A stretch of 63,260 nucleotides of DNA, filler included, from Rhabdomonas costata (taxonomy: Eukaryota): NCBI GenBank assembly GCA_019059605.1. It is 55 parts of 55 records of this genome, joined end to end, with 100 filler letters (N's around TTAATTAATTAA, not from the genome) between each part and the next. Parts side by side here need not be neighbours in the genome. Positions count along the whole stretch, not along the records: positions 50,689 to 51,740 come from JAHMHO010031283.1; positions 51,841 to 52,892 come from JAHMHO010031284.1; positions 52,993 to 54,044 come from JAHMHO010031285.1; positions 54,145 to 55,196 come from JAHMHO010031286.1; positions 55,297 to 56,348 come from JAHMHO010031287.1; positions 56,449 to 57,499 come from JAHMHO010031288.1; positions 57,600 to 58,651 come from JAHMHO010031289.1; positions 58,752 to 59,802 come from JAHMHO010031290.1; 47 more parts are not named here. One strand, 5' to 3'. Within the stretch, counting starts at the first letter, position 1. Each line of letters opens with the position of its first letter. Positions 50,871-63,260 of this stretch are shown in pieces. The notes under the pieces are model-generated. The model did no database searches and was not told where the DNA came from. It was given only the letters and a program-made list of their open reading frames with translations. The position numbers and the translations under genes were made by a program.

Positions 50871-51616
50871 CTGATCTTTCACTGAGCTGGGAAACTCCCG
50901 AGTGGGGTGGTAGACAGGTAAAACCCCGGCCGAAGCGTACCGCAGCACCGCCGCCGGAAGACAATGAATCTGACAGTCAACCTGGAACAGCCCCAAAAAG
51001 TACAAAGGAAAAAAGGAAACCACAACGCAGCCCAAACCCGACACGCGTTGGGGGAATACAAGTTGACGTCACCGCATGAGCGTGTCGGTGTCACCTGGTT
51101 CGCCACGGCCTCCGTGATCAGCACAGGCAATCCGAGCGCCTTGCACGCCATTTTCTGCAACGCCACGGCCTGACCCACCGCCTCCCCCACAACTACAAAC
51201 CTCCTCACAACATCACTGCCCAGGTTGCCAAAGCTCACTGGGGAGCTCGCAATGCCCACCCGAAGGCGCACCACGGCACAAGAGTTCTCGAAGTCATCGC
51301 CACCAGGAAGGCTCTCCTCGGCCGCGGGTGAGGTGGTGGGATAGATCGGGGCGAGATGATGCTGGGAAGTCAATTCCTCCCAGCAGAGCAAAGAATGCTC
51401 TGCCGAAGGGGGCGTCAGAGGGAGCAGTTGTGCCCGGCCCCACTGCGTCAGCACCACCAGGGCGCATTTCACAGCGCGATACTCAGCTTGGGAGCACCGC
51501 CCAGGGACGTTGAACAGGGCCAGCACGCGGTCTCCCAGGACTTTGTCCACCAGGCCGCGGTGCGCGGTGACCTGCTCGTGTACCACTTCGATGAACCGGT
51601 GGTAAACGCGCTGCAA
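50871..51616 (-). CDS. Class III adenylate/guanylate cyclase domain, two exons (51616-51095, 50981-50871)
   Basis: HRGLVDKVLGDRVLALFN..RAVKCAL..LRVGIASS..GNLGS..FVVVGEAV..VLITE; phase-0 GT-AG intron. Confidence 0.88.
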
Positions 51617-53731
51617 CTGTGGCACGCAGAGGAGTATGTTAGTAATACAAATGAGAGAGCATTGTGTGCCGCAGCATCTGCGCTAGCTCCGCTCGTATAA
51701 AGCTCGGGCAGACGGGCTTTACCCCTGTGTACCCAAAACCNNNNNNNNNNNNNNNNNNNNNNNNNNNNNNNNNNNNNNNNNNNNTTAATTAATTAANNNN
51801 NNNNNNNNNNNNNNNNNNNNNNNNNNNNNNNNNNNNNNNNTTGGTGGGGGCAAAAAAAGGGGGGGAGGCCGCAGGTCTCGCGCCAAGGCGCGGGCAGCGA
51901 GAAATGACGCCTTTCAGGATCAATGGCATTCATGGTACATTTTTGATATCCGTTTGGTTTTTGCACCTTGTCGAAGGTTTTGGATGCCCGCAGTGTGGTG
52001 CAGGTAGAACGATTGACATCGACCCTTGCGCAGCCAACTGTTCCATCACCACCAAGTATTGGCATGAGGTGGTTGGTTGGGGGAAAGTACTTGTCTTAAA
52101 ACGGGGTTGAATCACAGCTGTGGATTGAACGTGTTTAAATGGAAATGACGACAAAAAGGCGAACTGGAGCTCCGATCCAAAAGTACACAAGCACAGGCAT
52201 AAAGTACAAGTAGCGCCCCAGGATGAACTCACGGTCACACCCGGTATCAAACGCAAACCCATGCAAAGCAAACGTTTGTTTGTGGAAAGCAGCTGGCGAG
52301 CCGAACACATGCTTAGCGGGAGGTCACTTCTTTGCGAATCCCTTCACTCCCTCATCAGCTGGTGCAGCGCGGCCTTTCGTTCTGCGGGGGTGAGGCCCGA
52401 CAGCAAAGACCGCATTTGGGCCACCGCAGCTGTGTGGGAAATTCCAGCACAACTACTGCTTGAGGAAGACGCTTGATGAGATCGTTCCGCACAGAAGACC
52501 CCAGGACGGCTCTCCAAGCCTGCAACAGGCAGATTAAGACAACCAAAAACAAGCAGAGGCGGGTTTTAACGAGTTGGCCGAGACAGGCACACATTGACAC
52601 ATTGGACTTACGATGGACGTAGACTGAAGTAGTCACGGGTGCTTTAACGAGTTTTAACGAGCTTTAACGAGCATGTCGATTGCGCCACACAAACACTGGT
52701 GCGCTTGGACAAGCAACTATGAAAAAACCGCCAATTTTAGTGCACGCGATGCCGAAACAAGCAATGGCGCTACGCGCGACAGCGCGGAGAGGTCCACTAA
52801 CAAAACGAAAGATTCGCCGCGTTCACTGTGATGCCAAAAAACTGAAATACATGCTGCAAGTTCATTCCCGCCCCATCGCCCCCCCCCAACACNNNNNNNN
52901 NNNNNNNNNNNNNNNNNNNNNNNNNNNNNNNNNNNNTTAATTAATTAANNNNNNNNNNNNNNNNNNNNNNNNNNNNNNNNNNNNNNNNNNNNTGTGGGCG
53001 GACTTTGTGTTAGCTGCGGACAACGCTCCGGGCATCAGAGTAAGGGATCATGGAATTAATGGATGCCGAGTCAGATGCCAAGTCTCCTGGCGTGGAAGGA
53101 GCGTTTGATAAATGTGTGTGTGCGTGTCTGTGGTGTGTAAGTGCTGGAATGACTCTAACGAATGTTCCCCATGCTTTCTTTGCCATGACCGAGGGGAGCT
53201 GGTCTGTCCCCTGCATAACGTTGTGTGGCATCTGCGCATGTGTGTGTGCGTTTCCCATCATAGGAAGCCAACACCAACACATTGCTACGGGTGGGGAGCT
53301 AATTCGCACTTGAGGCTTGTGCAAAAAGGCGAAATAGGCTATGAGCGGAATGCTCAAGGGAATCGAACACAACTGGAGGATGCTGGCCCGTGCTTCAACC
53401 ACAGAATACTTTTCTCCCTTTCTCTGTATGGTTACCCCAGATGCCCAGTGGGTGGGTACCACACTCGCAAACTTCAATCTGTGTCGCAACAAAGTGAGGC
53501 AGTCGTTCCTAGGATAGTGTGCGCGTTTGCGTGCGCGGCAGGGGGAGGGGGGGAAGCTTAATCATGTGGATGGCATCGGCTGTTTCTGCTGGAGGGCAGT
53601 ATGCTGCCAGGGCTTGTGCAAAAAGGGACGCAGAAGGCGAAACAATCAAGGGCATCGAACCCAATCGCCGGCAAACGGACCGCGCTTTAAACACGGGAAA
53701 GCTCACACCCTCTCTCGGATGGGTTCCACAC

Positions 53732-53842
53732 CAGTGCAGCAGTCGACCTGGTCGCAGCTCAGGTTGGTGCACACCGTGCTCGGCGCGACAACGATCAGCA
53801 CCGGCGGGCACACCACACCACTACCGCCGCAGGTCGGGTTGG
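53732..53842 (-). CDS. Cys-rich repeat module exon
   Basis: NPTCGGSGVVCPPVLIVVAPSTVCTNLSCDQVDCCT; 111-nt symmetrical phase 1-1 exon with AG/GT. Confidence 0.5.
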
Positions 53843-56800
53843 CTGAAACTAATCAAATAAAGCCCGTCATGCTTCACCCCCTTTTTCGCTTCACCGAAAT
53901 CTTTCGTCATTTTCCATCCCCCCACCACCACCACCACTATCTGCAGCCCATAACCTCCACGCACGGGCAAAAACAAACTGCGAGTACAATCAGATGACGT
54001 TAGCAAGACGCACACCAAACTCAATAGCAAAATCTAATCCTGCCNNNNNNNNNNNNNNNNNNNNNNNNNNNNNNNNNNNNNNNNNNNNTTAATTAATTAA
54101 NNNNNNNNNNNNNNNNNNNNNNNNNNNNNNNNNNNNNNNNNNNNGGTGGTGTGGTTCTTTAGGTCTCTGGTGTTTGGGGTGCGGTCTTTGGGCTGAAGAG
54201 ACCGCGACGGCGGCTTGCTGGGAGCTGCCGCCGCCGCTGTATGGGCGGGCTCCGCTGTGGGTGTTGGATGGGAGTGTGCGGAGCTCGGAACCACAAAGAC
54301 TTGAAGAAACCGGCTTCCTCCGACGGCCTTCAATGATGGCGCTGGCTTTGTTAGCTTGTGACCTGTTTTGCCGTCCGTCCTGATAATAAACGCCCAGGCC
54401 TTGTGGGGCCATATCAGAAGCTTTTCACCCGGATGTGTACGCGCCCCCACACTTTCTCGACCATTTTTTGGATACCCTCTCCAGATGGCATTCCGAATAT
54501 ATGGCTGCAAGTCTCCTGAAAATGCACCAGACGTTCCACAATGACTCCGCCAAATTTGTTATCGTGGCAATGTGGCGTGGTATGGGTAGCGAACGATGTG
54601 GTGACACATCCCAATTATGCACCGCTGTGCATCACTGTGAAGGACATTGGTGCCGTCCCCAAAAACCTTCTCGTAGACGCAAACCACGAGATACACAACC
54701 GAACTACCCTCGCTGTAGTCTTGTATTACATGCCGTAGGAGTCTCGGGGCAAGGCAAAACGCAAGGGAAATTCCTGGCTCTAGATGGTATGCCTGCGTTT
54801 TATCCACAGTGTAGCATACCAGGTTGGCAATCTGCGTTGCAGCTGGCATTCACATGGGCACCCACTTGATTTGTCGCAGAACCAGACCGACGGCGTTGAC
54901 GTAGTTGTGTTAGATTAGGTAGGTCAGGAGTTCTGCGGCTTTGGATAGAGTATAGCTCTTTGCCATCTTCGTAAGAGTTTCAATTCAATTGGAGCGCCGT
55001 ATTCCTTCCAAGATTTACGCGTGGTTAAGAAATTCCAAGCCCCATCGACAGGTTTAATGGTCCGGTCTATCATCTACCGGAACGGGAAGGAGGTGTACAT
55101 GGTGCAAAAATCAACTGCCAGTTCTCAAGAACAACGTCTGCGTTGACTTGGACCATCCGGGTGAAAGCATTCACGCTGTATATGCCCCAAAACCACNNNN
55201 NNNNNNNNNNNNNNNNNNNNNNNNNNNNNNNNNNNNNNNNTTAATTAATTAANNNNNNNNNNNNNNNNNNNNNNNNNNNNNNNNNNNNNNNNNNNNTGGT
55301 GGTGTGGAATTGAGGGTCTTTTTTGGCAACTCATCATCAGCAGAAGAGTTTGGATATTGCGCTCGGCAAACTGCTCATGAGGCAGCATTATCAATCTGCA
55401 TGTAATGCACGGCTTGCAACAAAGCCTTCTTTGCTTGCCGATAATTTCCGTCAGCAATTATATCTGCAAAGAGAACTGGAGAGTAGATGTAGGACAGCAC
55501 ATCTTAACTCCAAAGACATAACCAGAAGGAATTACAATTAGGTGAAAATTCTCACCACGCGTTGACGGGTTTACAGTTCACTGTGAAAATAATGCGGTGA
55601 CAAAATGGATGGATAGGGTGGTCGTTATTCGGAAATTTGGTGCTGTGCGGATAGTTAAACAAAACTTGGCGAACTAAACATCTCCTGCGATATGTAATAT
55701 GTACTAAGCTGGGTAAACTATGCCCTTCCTAGTGGTGGCTTCATCCGCACAGCCTGGAAACGATGACAAGTATTGTAAATATGGAAACAACACGCGCAAC
55801 GTCAAAAATGGAGGTTCGCGCTTTCAACAGTGTTTTCTGCTGCCAGGTGCGACGAGTGGAGACATCGGTCGTTTAACGACACATTTTTTTGGAATGTGGT
55901 CACATATAAAACAATTAAGTTATATAAAATCGCACATGCACATCTAATTGGAAATAATAATAAAAATAACACTTCTCACTATCATTCCATTTTTCTGCCC
56001 TGTTATGTTTTTTCTTGATTCTGCGGCGTTGTGGTCCGCAAATGCCTCGTTGTTGTCACTGCCTTTGTCTCTTTGGATTTAACCTATTCTCTTTCAAGAC
56101 GAACAAAGTCAAAGGTGGAAACTGGCGGCAATGGCAGCAGCCGTTGCCATCCTCAAGCGGTGTAATGGGCAAGGCAGTGGCAGGACCAAAAAAACTTCCG
56201 TTTTGCAAACGCCGACACCACGAGGAAACAACCGTCTCCCACTACCCACCCATCTCCCCATACACACGGCAACCAAAAACAAATACTACATGTGTGCTCA
56301 ACCACTTGGGAGAGGAAACCATTTGCAGCTCCTTTTCGCCCACCCCCCNNNNNNNNNNNNNNNNNNNNNNNNNNNNNNNNNNNNNNNNNNNNTTAATTAA
56401 TTAANNNNNNNNNNNNNNNNNNNNNNNNNNNNNNNNNNNNNNNNNNNNGTTGTTGGGTGGGCAGTTCATCGGCCCAACCGTACACACCAATCCACCCTCA
56501 GCGGTCAGCACCGCAGAGACAGCGCGAATAACCGAGGCCAGAACCTAGAAAAAAAAAAGAAAGAAAGAAAAAGACCCACGCGAGGTTCTTGCACGCCTGC
56601 ACGCCCGTACGAAGAAGCCTCAACTTTCGGATGAGCGGATGAGTGCTGGATGCTCGCACCTGAGTGGGCCGAAGTGTTGCAATCTTCACCCGTCACTGGA
56701 ACCTCGCAAAAAGCATTTCAGGAAGAGTTTGCATTTCAGGAAAAGCCGTTGACAAGACACCATCATCATCCAAGGTGCTCTTTCCCTGCACCAACTTGGA

Positions 56801-57599
56801 TTCTGCGATTCAGAATGCCGGCTTTGTTTTAAGGTGATCGAGATGCCGATGGTGTCGTCATCGTTTGACGTCGTTATCGTTCGACTCTTCGTGGGGAGAT
56901 CCCTTTTTCCTTTGATGGAACGTGGAGCAACAGCCTCCACTCACGACACCCTCATTACTTCACTGCTCACCGGCTCAGCAAACACACCATCTGCAGCAGA
57001 CTACCCAGGCAGGTTGGCCCCCGAGGGGGGCACTGCAGCGCCGAGAGCAGCGTGGCCCGCAGCCCAGCCTGAACACCCGTGGGAGAAAGGTCGCCTCCGC
57101 AGGGAAGGCACTCCTCGACACTCTGCCGCAGCAGCGCTGGCAAACACCGATACACAAATGAGACCATCTCGAAGGGATAGACAAAAAAAAAATGCAGTTT
57201 TGCGACCACGCTCCTCCCTTTCCTAACCGCGTGCAGGTGACCTGATGTTTTCTCCTTCACACGTGCGCTCCCGCCCGCCCATTACTTGTGACCGAAATGC
57301 AAATGACGAACGCCCGACCCCATCGGCTGCCGTGCTGTGATGCTGTGAAGGTGAACGTGAACGAAGCCCCTACTTTCCCGCGAAAAAGAATTTTACGATA
57401 GTAGTAAACTTAAATATCACGTCGAAACACAATGAGAGCTCCGACCCAAAAGAACACTACATCATCGGCGTGCAGACCACGCTACAACACTACAACGCTN
57501 NNNNNNNNNNNNNNNNNNNNNNNNNNNNNNNNNNNNNNNNNNNTTAATTAATTAANNNNNNNNNNNNNNNNNNNNNNNNNNNNNNNNNNNNNNNNNNNN

Positions 57600-58183
57600 G
57601 TTTTGGTTTGATGGCAGTTGACAAAGAAGGCTACAACCTCATCCACTGGGCCGTCAGAAGTGGCTCCGTCGAGACGGTGAAGTATGTTCGGAAACGCTGC
57701 CGACGTATGCCTGCGTGGTTGCATCTTTGTTTTGTTACAGATGCACAGTTCTCGTGTTGCCAACCGGTTTCACGCTGCATTCTCCTGCATTTGCTTTCAC
57801 CCGCTGAACTGAAACATGGACAAGTGGACACCTTTTTTCTCGAGTATTTTGAGTTTTACCTGATTAACTTGGTCAGCATCAGCCTTTGTGGTTTCATTTC
57901 AGAGCTGAAGGTGGACGCCCAGAACATTTACGGTACCACTCCGCTGCACATCGCTGCCTTCCATGGATTCCACCTGTTGGCCGAATATTTGGTTGAAGCA
58001 GGTTTGCACGTTCTTCCTGCGAAGAATACCCCGCACTTGCACACTTGTCGATCGGATACACAAACCCTGTCCTCACTTTTCCAGGTTGCGATCCCAACAC
58101 CACAAACAAGCGAGGAGAAACCCCGTATGACTTGGCAGTACTCCGAAAGGCAAATTCAACCGCTGTGTTTTTGAAGGAAGCAG
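57600..58183 (+). CDS. Ankyrin-repeat protein, three exons (57600-57704, 57903-58001, 58085-58183)
   Basis: DKEGYNLIHWAV.., NIYGTTPLHIAAFHG.., NKRGETPYDLA; phase-1 GT-AG introns keep the frame. Confidence 0.9.
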
Positions 58184-58848
58184 GTCAGCTCGTTCTTCCA
58201 ATTCGAGATTTAAGGAAAATCTGTGCTTTTTTGCATTTTCAACCCCTCAGATAGTTTTGGCTTGAAATGCACTTTTTTCTGCACGTTTTTGCACTTTTTT
58301 GTTTTTTGCCGGGTATTTTTACCCTTTTTTGACCCCACGGCTCTTACTGCCGGTGCCTGCAGACGGACATCCTTCTTTCACATGAGTCACTTGCCCTTGC
58401 AAATACGGTTTTGTGATATAGACAAAATGGACTCAAGGCAAAAATTCGGCTTGCATATTTTTGCACCCTTGTTGTTGTTGTTGTTTCACTTTTCTGCACT
58501 TTTCTGCACCGCTTTTTTGGTCCCCCCCCCCCAATGTGCAATTTTTACTAGCCCTGCGCTATCTTAAGGGGCACAGGCGCCACAGCTGAGCTGGAGGCAG
58601 TCGGACTCCACTCGACCCGGATATTTCCCAATTTTTCTTTTGGGACAGAGANNNNNNNNNNNNNNNNNNNNNNNNNNNNNNNNNNNNNNNNNNNNTTAAT
58701 TAATTAANNNNNNNNNNNNNNNNNNNNNNNNNNNNNNNNNNNNNNNNNNNNGGGGGTGGGGTGCGGATAGCCGGAGTATAACCGCAACTCTTACCCGACG
58801 CCCCCGCTCCTTTCCCTGTGTCCATGTCCTGCGTCCGTTCTACCGCAG

Positions 58849-59419
58849 CTGAGCCTTGGGGTGTTCTGCTCGCGGAGGGATGAGATGGTGGTCACCCATG
58901 CCTCAGGGGAGTTCCTGGAGGTGGGCGCCCTGCTGACGGCGGTTACCCTTGGGAGCAGTGTCGTACACCCCCACGTATGGCGCCGTACACAACTCATTAT
59001 GTGGTTTAGGGCATTTCCTGACTCCGACGACTTTCGAGTTTTTGTGCTGCTTTTTGGGATTTGCCACGCAAATGGGACGTGCTCATTTTAGCGAAGGAGA
59101 CCAATTCGCGGCACGGCGGGAGGGGCTGAGGCGGGATGTTCTTGACACAGACCTTCCTGCGACGGTTGGCACCAAATGAAGCTTGACAGAATCAAACGGC
59201 AAAATAAGCTTTAAAAGTGGTCATCGGTCGAAGGTTTTGGTTTCAAATTTTCAATTGCTTGCTGCCTCAGGCTGCGGCTCTGATGGAGCGGCAGAAGGTT
59301 TTCCTGCAGCAGCTTGACGCTCGCTCGCGGAGGTTGGGAAACCTCCCGTTTTTCACCCACGGCATGGGGGGCTACGGTGCTCATGGGGCAGATGCCTACG
59401 AGCTGCGTCGGATGGCTTC
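58849..59419 (+). CDS. Two exons of an unknown protein (58849-58974, 59271-59419)
   Basis: Polypyrimidine-AG acceptors, GT donors, phase-0 join and GC-rich codons. Confidence 0.5.
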
Positions 59420-60062
59420 GTACCAAAGTACCCCCACGCCAATCAAACCTTTCCTTTGATTTGGGGTAGCCTTTTGAAGGACGAACAGCCTTCCAAGTTG
59501 CACAAGATCGAGCGTGTTTAAAATCTGAGTCGGCGGGAGCGGTTTTTCTCTTTATGTGTTTCGAGGAAGCACTATGCCTTTTTGTTTTGGTGACACTGGA
59601 GATACCGTTTGCCTCCCGACCCTCACACCTCCAGGCACCCGGTGTGGCCCCTGGACTGTCGGCATTTAGAAGCAATGTTAGCCACGTGTAGAGCCACTCC
59701 AGCAGTAGGGCCAGCACTGTGAGCACTGCCCCTTCGCTAACATTTATGCTCTCAGTGGAGCAGACGTGAGGATAGTTAAGGCAGCTGGAAAACCCACCAA
59801 AANNNNNNNNNNNNNNNNNNNNNNNNNNNNNNNNNNNNNNNNNNNNTTAATTAATTAANNNNNNNNNNNNNNNNNNNNNNNNNNNNNNNNNNNNNNNNNN
59901 NNGTTGTTGTTTTCCAGTTTCCACACACGCGAGCGCGCGCGAAGACAAGAAGATGGAACGGAATAGAGACGGAGGAAGAAAAAAAGCTCTGCTAACACGT
60001 GGGCACTTGGAGAGCAAAGTAGCCTGATGATTCGAGGGGAGAAGGGAGCAGGGGGTGCGAAC

Positions 60063-60565
60063 CATCGGAGCTTCAGGGTTTCATCATCGGAGGCACGCAG
60101 CACTTCCATGGTATTCAGAAGCTCTTGCCGCTCGGCCTCATAGTCAAGCACCTTCTGTAGGTTACACGGTGGAGCAATGCAATGTCGTTTACTTCGCCAA
60201 AATAGATAACTATGTGGCTCAGAACAGGAAATGCAACAAATGTGATGGAACTGAATGTTGTGCAGGGTTCAGCAAGTTATAAAAGACCCCCCCCTCCCCC
60301 TCACGCATCCGTGGACCCACAGGGCAGGCTGTACCCACAGGCATCTAGGAATCTGGATTTGGGAACCAAAATGCCCCCTTCGGAAAGCTTCTACAAGATA
60401 GATTATGGCTCTTGAATGGAGGCGAGACGCATTCAAAGCAATAGACGAGCGGGTGAAGGTTCGGGATTCTGGGTTGCGCAGCCCCCATCCCCTGGACAAC
60501 AACGTAAGACGTAACCCACACCTGGTGCAGAAACCTGGCGTACTCCACGACTTCCTGCCCAGACT
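60063..60565 (-). CDS. Coiled-coil protein, possibly CCDC77-like (exons about 60565-60522 and 60154-60063)
   Basis: QEVVEYARFLHQ|KVLDYEAERQELLNTMEVLRASDDETLKLRW; GT-AG join; family assignment tentative. Confidence 0.4.
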
Positions 60566-63260
60566 CACACGAGGGGAGACCGGGCGCACACTCCCCCGTG
60601 AGCACAGCCTTTGCCATTCACACCACCTCCGTAATACCACCGGGGGCAGGGTAGTGGGGGGAGGGAGCGAAGAAAAAACCCAAAAGGGTACACAGAGACC
60701 CACACTTTCGAGTTGATGAACTCGCAAAGTGCGAAGGAAGAATGCACACTTTCTGCAACAACACAAAAGGAATTCGGAAAAGTAAATCCTCCCTGATGAT
60801 ACACACCGGTACTCAAGCAACAGGTGTCTGTCCTTGAGGCGACTTTCTATCTCGTATGGGCACGGCATTCTCCTCCACCTTCTCGTTTCATTCTCAATTG
60901 AAACTTTATCACCTTTAATACCACTTTTACCACAACACCCCAAACACACCCACCACNNNNNNNNNNNNNNNNNNNNNNNNNNNNNNNNNNNNNNNNNNNN
61001 TTAATTAATTAANNNNNNNNNNNNNNNNNNNNNNNNNNNNNNNNNNNNNNNNNNNNGTGTGGTGGGGGCCAGTGTGGCAGATGTTTTGGAGGCCCTGCTG
61101 AAAGTTTGGGAGAGCAGGGAGCTGTTTCCTCCTCCTTTTCTGAAGGCATGTTGGGGGGTCGTTCTTCTCCGTTTCACCAACTCTTCTTCTTCTTCTTTGA
61201 ACTTATCATTACCATGTTCGAGGTCTATTTGCTGCGGATCATGCCTTTTGTGGCCTTTTTCGGACACACATGCGCCTACTAGGGCGAGAATTACTCGACC
61301 CCGTTTGGCCTTCTATTCTCTCTCTCCCGTCGTGCTGATGTGTGCCTGCATAATATCGCAAGTTAAGGCGTGGGTTGGGTGAAGCGTCCACGTACCGCGT
61401 GCATCGGCGTGAAAAGGACGAACATGGTTTTCTTCTTTGAGACTTAGGGACAGGTTTTATTTGCTCGTTCGCAATCGGATGAAATGACGTAAGGGATAAT
61501 TTGACTAGAAGTTGGTGTGCAAGGTCCATCGCTGCCCTTGGTTGGTGTTGCATGTTATCTTATCCGCTTTGGGGGCTGCCATGATCAGAAGCTACGGCAG
61601 GCCATCTCGAAGCCCAGCGCTGCCCCCGTCCCCACGGAGGAGTACGTCCCACTCCCCGTTAGGGTGTGTCTCTGGAACTCCGGGGGGTCGGGAGCAATAA
61701 AGAGGCAGTGGTCACAACAAACGCAAAAAAGGATTCTGTTTAAACGTCTCAAATTAGTTCCTTCCTCTTGAAGCGATACTAACGCAAAGCTGCCATCACG
61801 AAAAGGCAAGATAGTGGCCATGTAGCTGGTGACACCCAACATTCTTCAGTCCACGGTCAGTGGGGTGGAGCTGTCAGACCACTCTGGAATGCGGATAAAA
61901 AGATTTCTGTACCAGTGCCGCCGGGTGCCCCGCCCCTGAAGTGCATTTCCTTCGGATTTGAGCAAAAGTATTGCAGGGGAACAAATACAGCTTCTTGTTT
62001 CCCTGGGTTTTGAATGGCAATGCGGTGTGTATTCCTTTTGAGGTTTGGGCAGACGTCTCCTATGAATTTAACGGTGATCGTTCTTAACCGTTTAACACCC
62101 CCCCCCCCCNNNNNNNNNNNNNNNNNNNNNNNNNNNNNNNNNNNNNNNNNNNNTTAATTAATTAANNNNNNNNNNNNNNNNNNNNNNNNNNNNNNNNNNN
62201 NNNNNNNNNGTTAATTACGATTCAGCCCACCCACCTGGACTCCCGTGCATGAGCCCATTCACAGGACAGCTAGAGGGCCAAAACTTGAATCCTCTAGTTG
62301 GTCTCCAACCGTCGGATGAATCGAGGTTACATTCCCATTTGTCTGAAGAATCTACAACCCGTCTGGAAAAGTTATCCTTTCGCAGCCCCGCCTATGGCGG
62401 TTGGTGGGGAAATGTTTGCTGGGCTCAGTCAGCATCCTGGGATACTCTTGTTCCAGTGCAGCTTGAGGTCGACTTGCCCTGCGAAATCGCATCCCTCAAA
62501 AGGTGTTGGCTAGCATTGCGTGGGTTTAGGGGCATGAACGTTACCTCCCCCTCCCTCTCTGGCAGAGCGTCCCACCTGTGGAAGCTTCAGCTGTCCTGCG
62601 GCGTACTCCACGAAGGGCTCTGGCACGGTGTGCTCCTCGTTGAACTGCAGCCAAGCGGACTGCTGCACGGGTGTGCCCCCCCCCCAAATGACCCTATTGA
62701 GCATGAGTGAACTTAAACATCGTTTGCTAATAATCACGTTGCCAAAGAAAAGGGATCATTTTTCCTGCGGTATTCATCGTGCCTGAAATTTTATGGTGGT
62801 CACGTCAGAAAATTTATGGTAGTAAAACTAAAAATCGGAACACGGGTCTTGCGTCGCGCACGTGTGGTCTTCATGTGCCATTGTCCGGGCTGTCATCAAT
62901 GTCCCCACAATGCAGCACCCCACTCCCAACATTCGCGTGTGCAACACCCACTACAGGAGCCATGCCACCTCCGCTTTCCAGCACGAAGTAGGGGGTTTGC
63001 CAGCTTGAAAGGTCCTCCACGCCAATCTCCATACCATAGTGTATAGTCCATGTCAAATCAGTGTGGTCCTTAACCGCCTCCACCTCCCTAGCTTATGCGG
63101 GTTGGTACATTCACACACAGTTTGCTAATAACATCACATATCAATATTTACGCCGGTCTTGTGCGCCAGAAAGTCGGAATGCTCAGCTTGTTTCATGCAT
63201 TTGATGTCGTTCGTGCGGTACTGCCCGCGCTGTCATAAATATCCCCACAATGCTACCCCT

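Noticed and set aside
54400-55196. Possible integrase relic on the minus strand (LHSD, TTPHC..VERL)
   Set aside because: Fragments lie in different frames and are too weak to call without a search.
3693-58183. Alternative genetic code
   Set aside because: No in-frame stops in the conserved exons; eL41 and the MDR gene end in TAA; internal stops were seen in decayed elements only.
1053-62209. Regularly spaced TTAATTAATTAA palindromes as a repeat array, and any operon-like reading of adjacent genes
   Set aside because: They are N-flanked concatenation linkers between similar-length contigs; adjacency is artificial.

Overview
This window is not a continuous locus. It holds about 55 unrelated contigs of roughly 1.05 kb, joined by 54 artificial 100-nt linkers (N44-TTAATTAATTAA-N44), so gene neighbourhood across linkers means nothing. 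G/T-only contig starts, A/C-only contig ends and perfect fold-back arms point to whole-genome-amplified (probably single-cell) material. Most contigs come from an intron-rich eukaryote, most likely a euglenozoan (euglenid or diplonemid), judged from an N-terminally extended eL41, a trypanosomatid-like UGPase and a bacterial-type class III cyclase. Recognisable GT-AG exons: CTP synthase, ABCG transporter, WDR55, PEP mutase, UGPase, an MDR dehydrogenase, a GHMP kinase, a GT4 glycosyltransferase, Pif1, cap N7-methyltransferase, kinesin, adenylate cyclase and an ankyrin protein. There are also decayed retroelements and a short TIR element family. The standout is one very AT-rich, intronless, gene-dense contig (44931-45982) resembling a giant-virus fragment, with a 15-bp hairpin between convergent genes and a mismatched terminal-type palindrome. 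All protein assignments are by motif recognition by eye; no searches were run.
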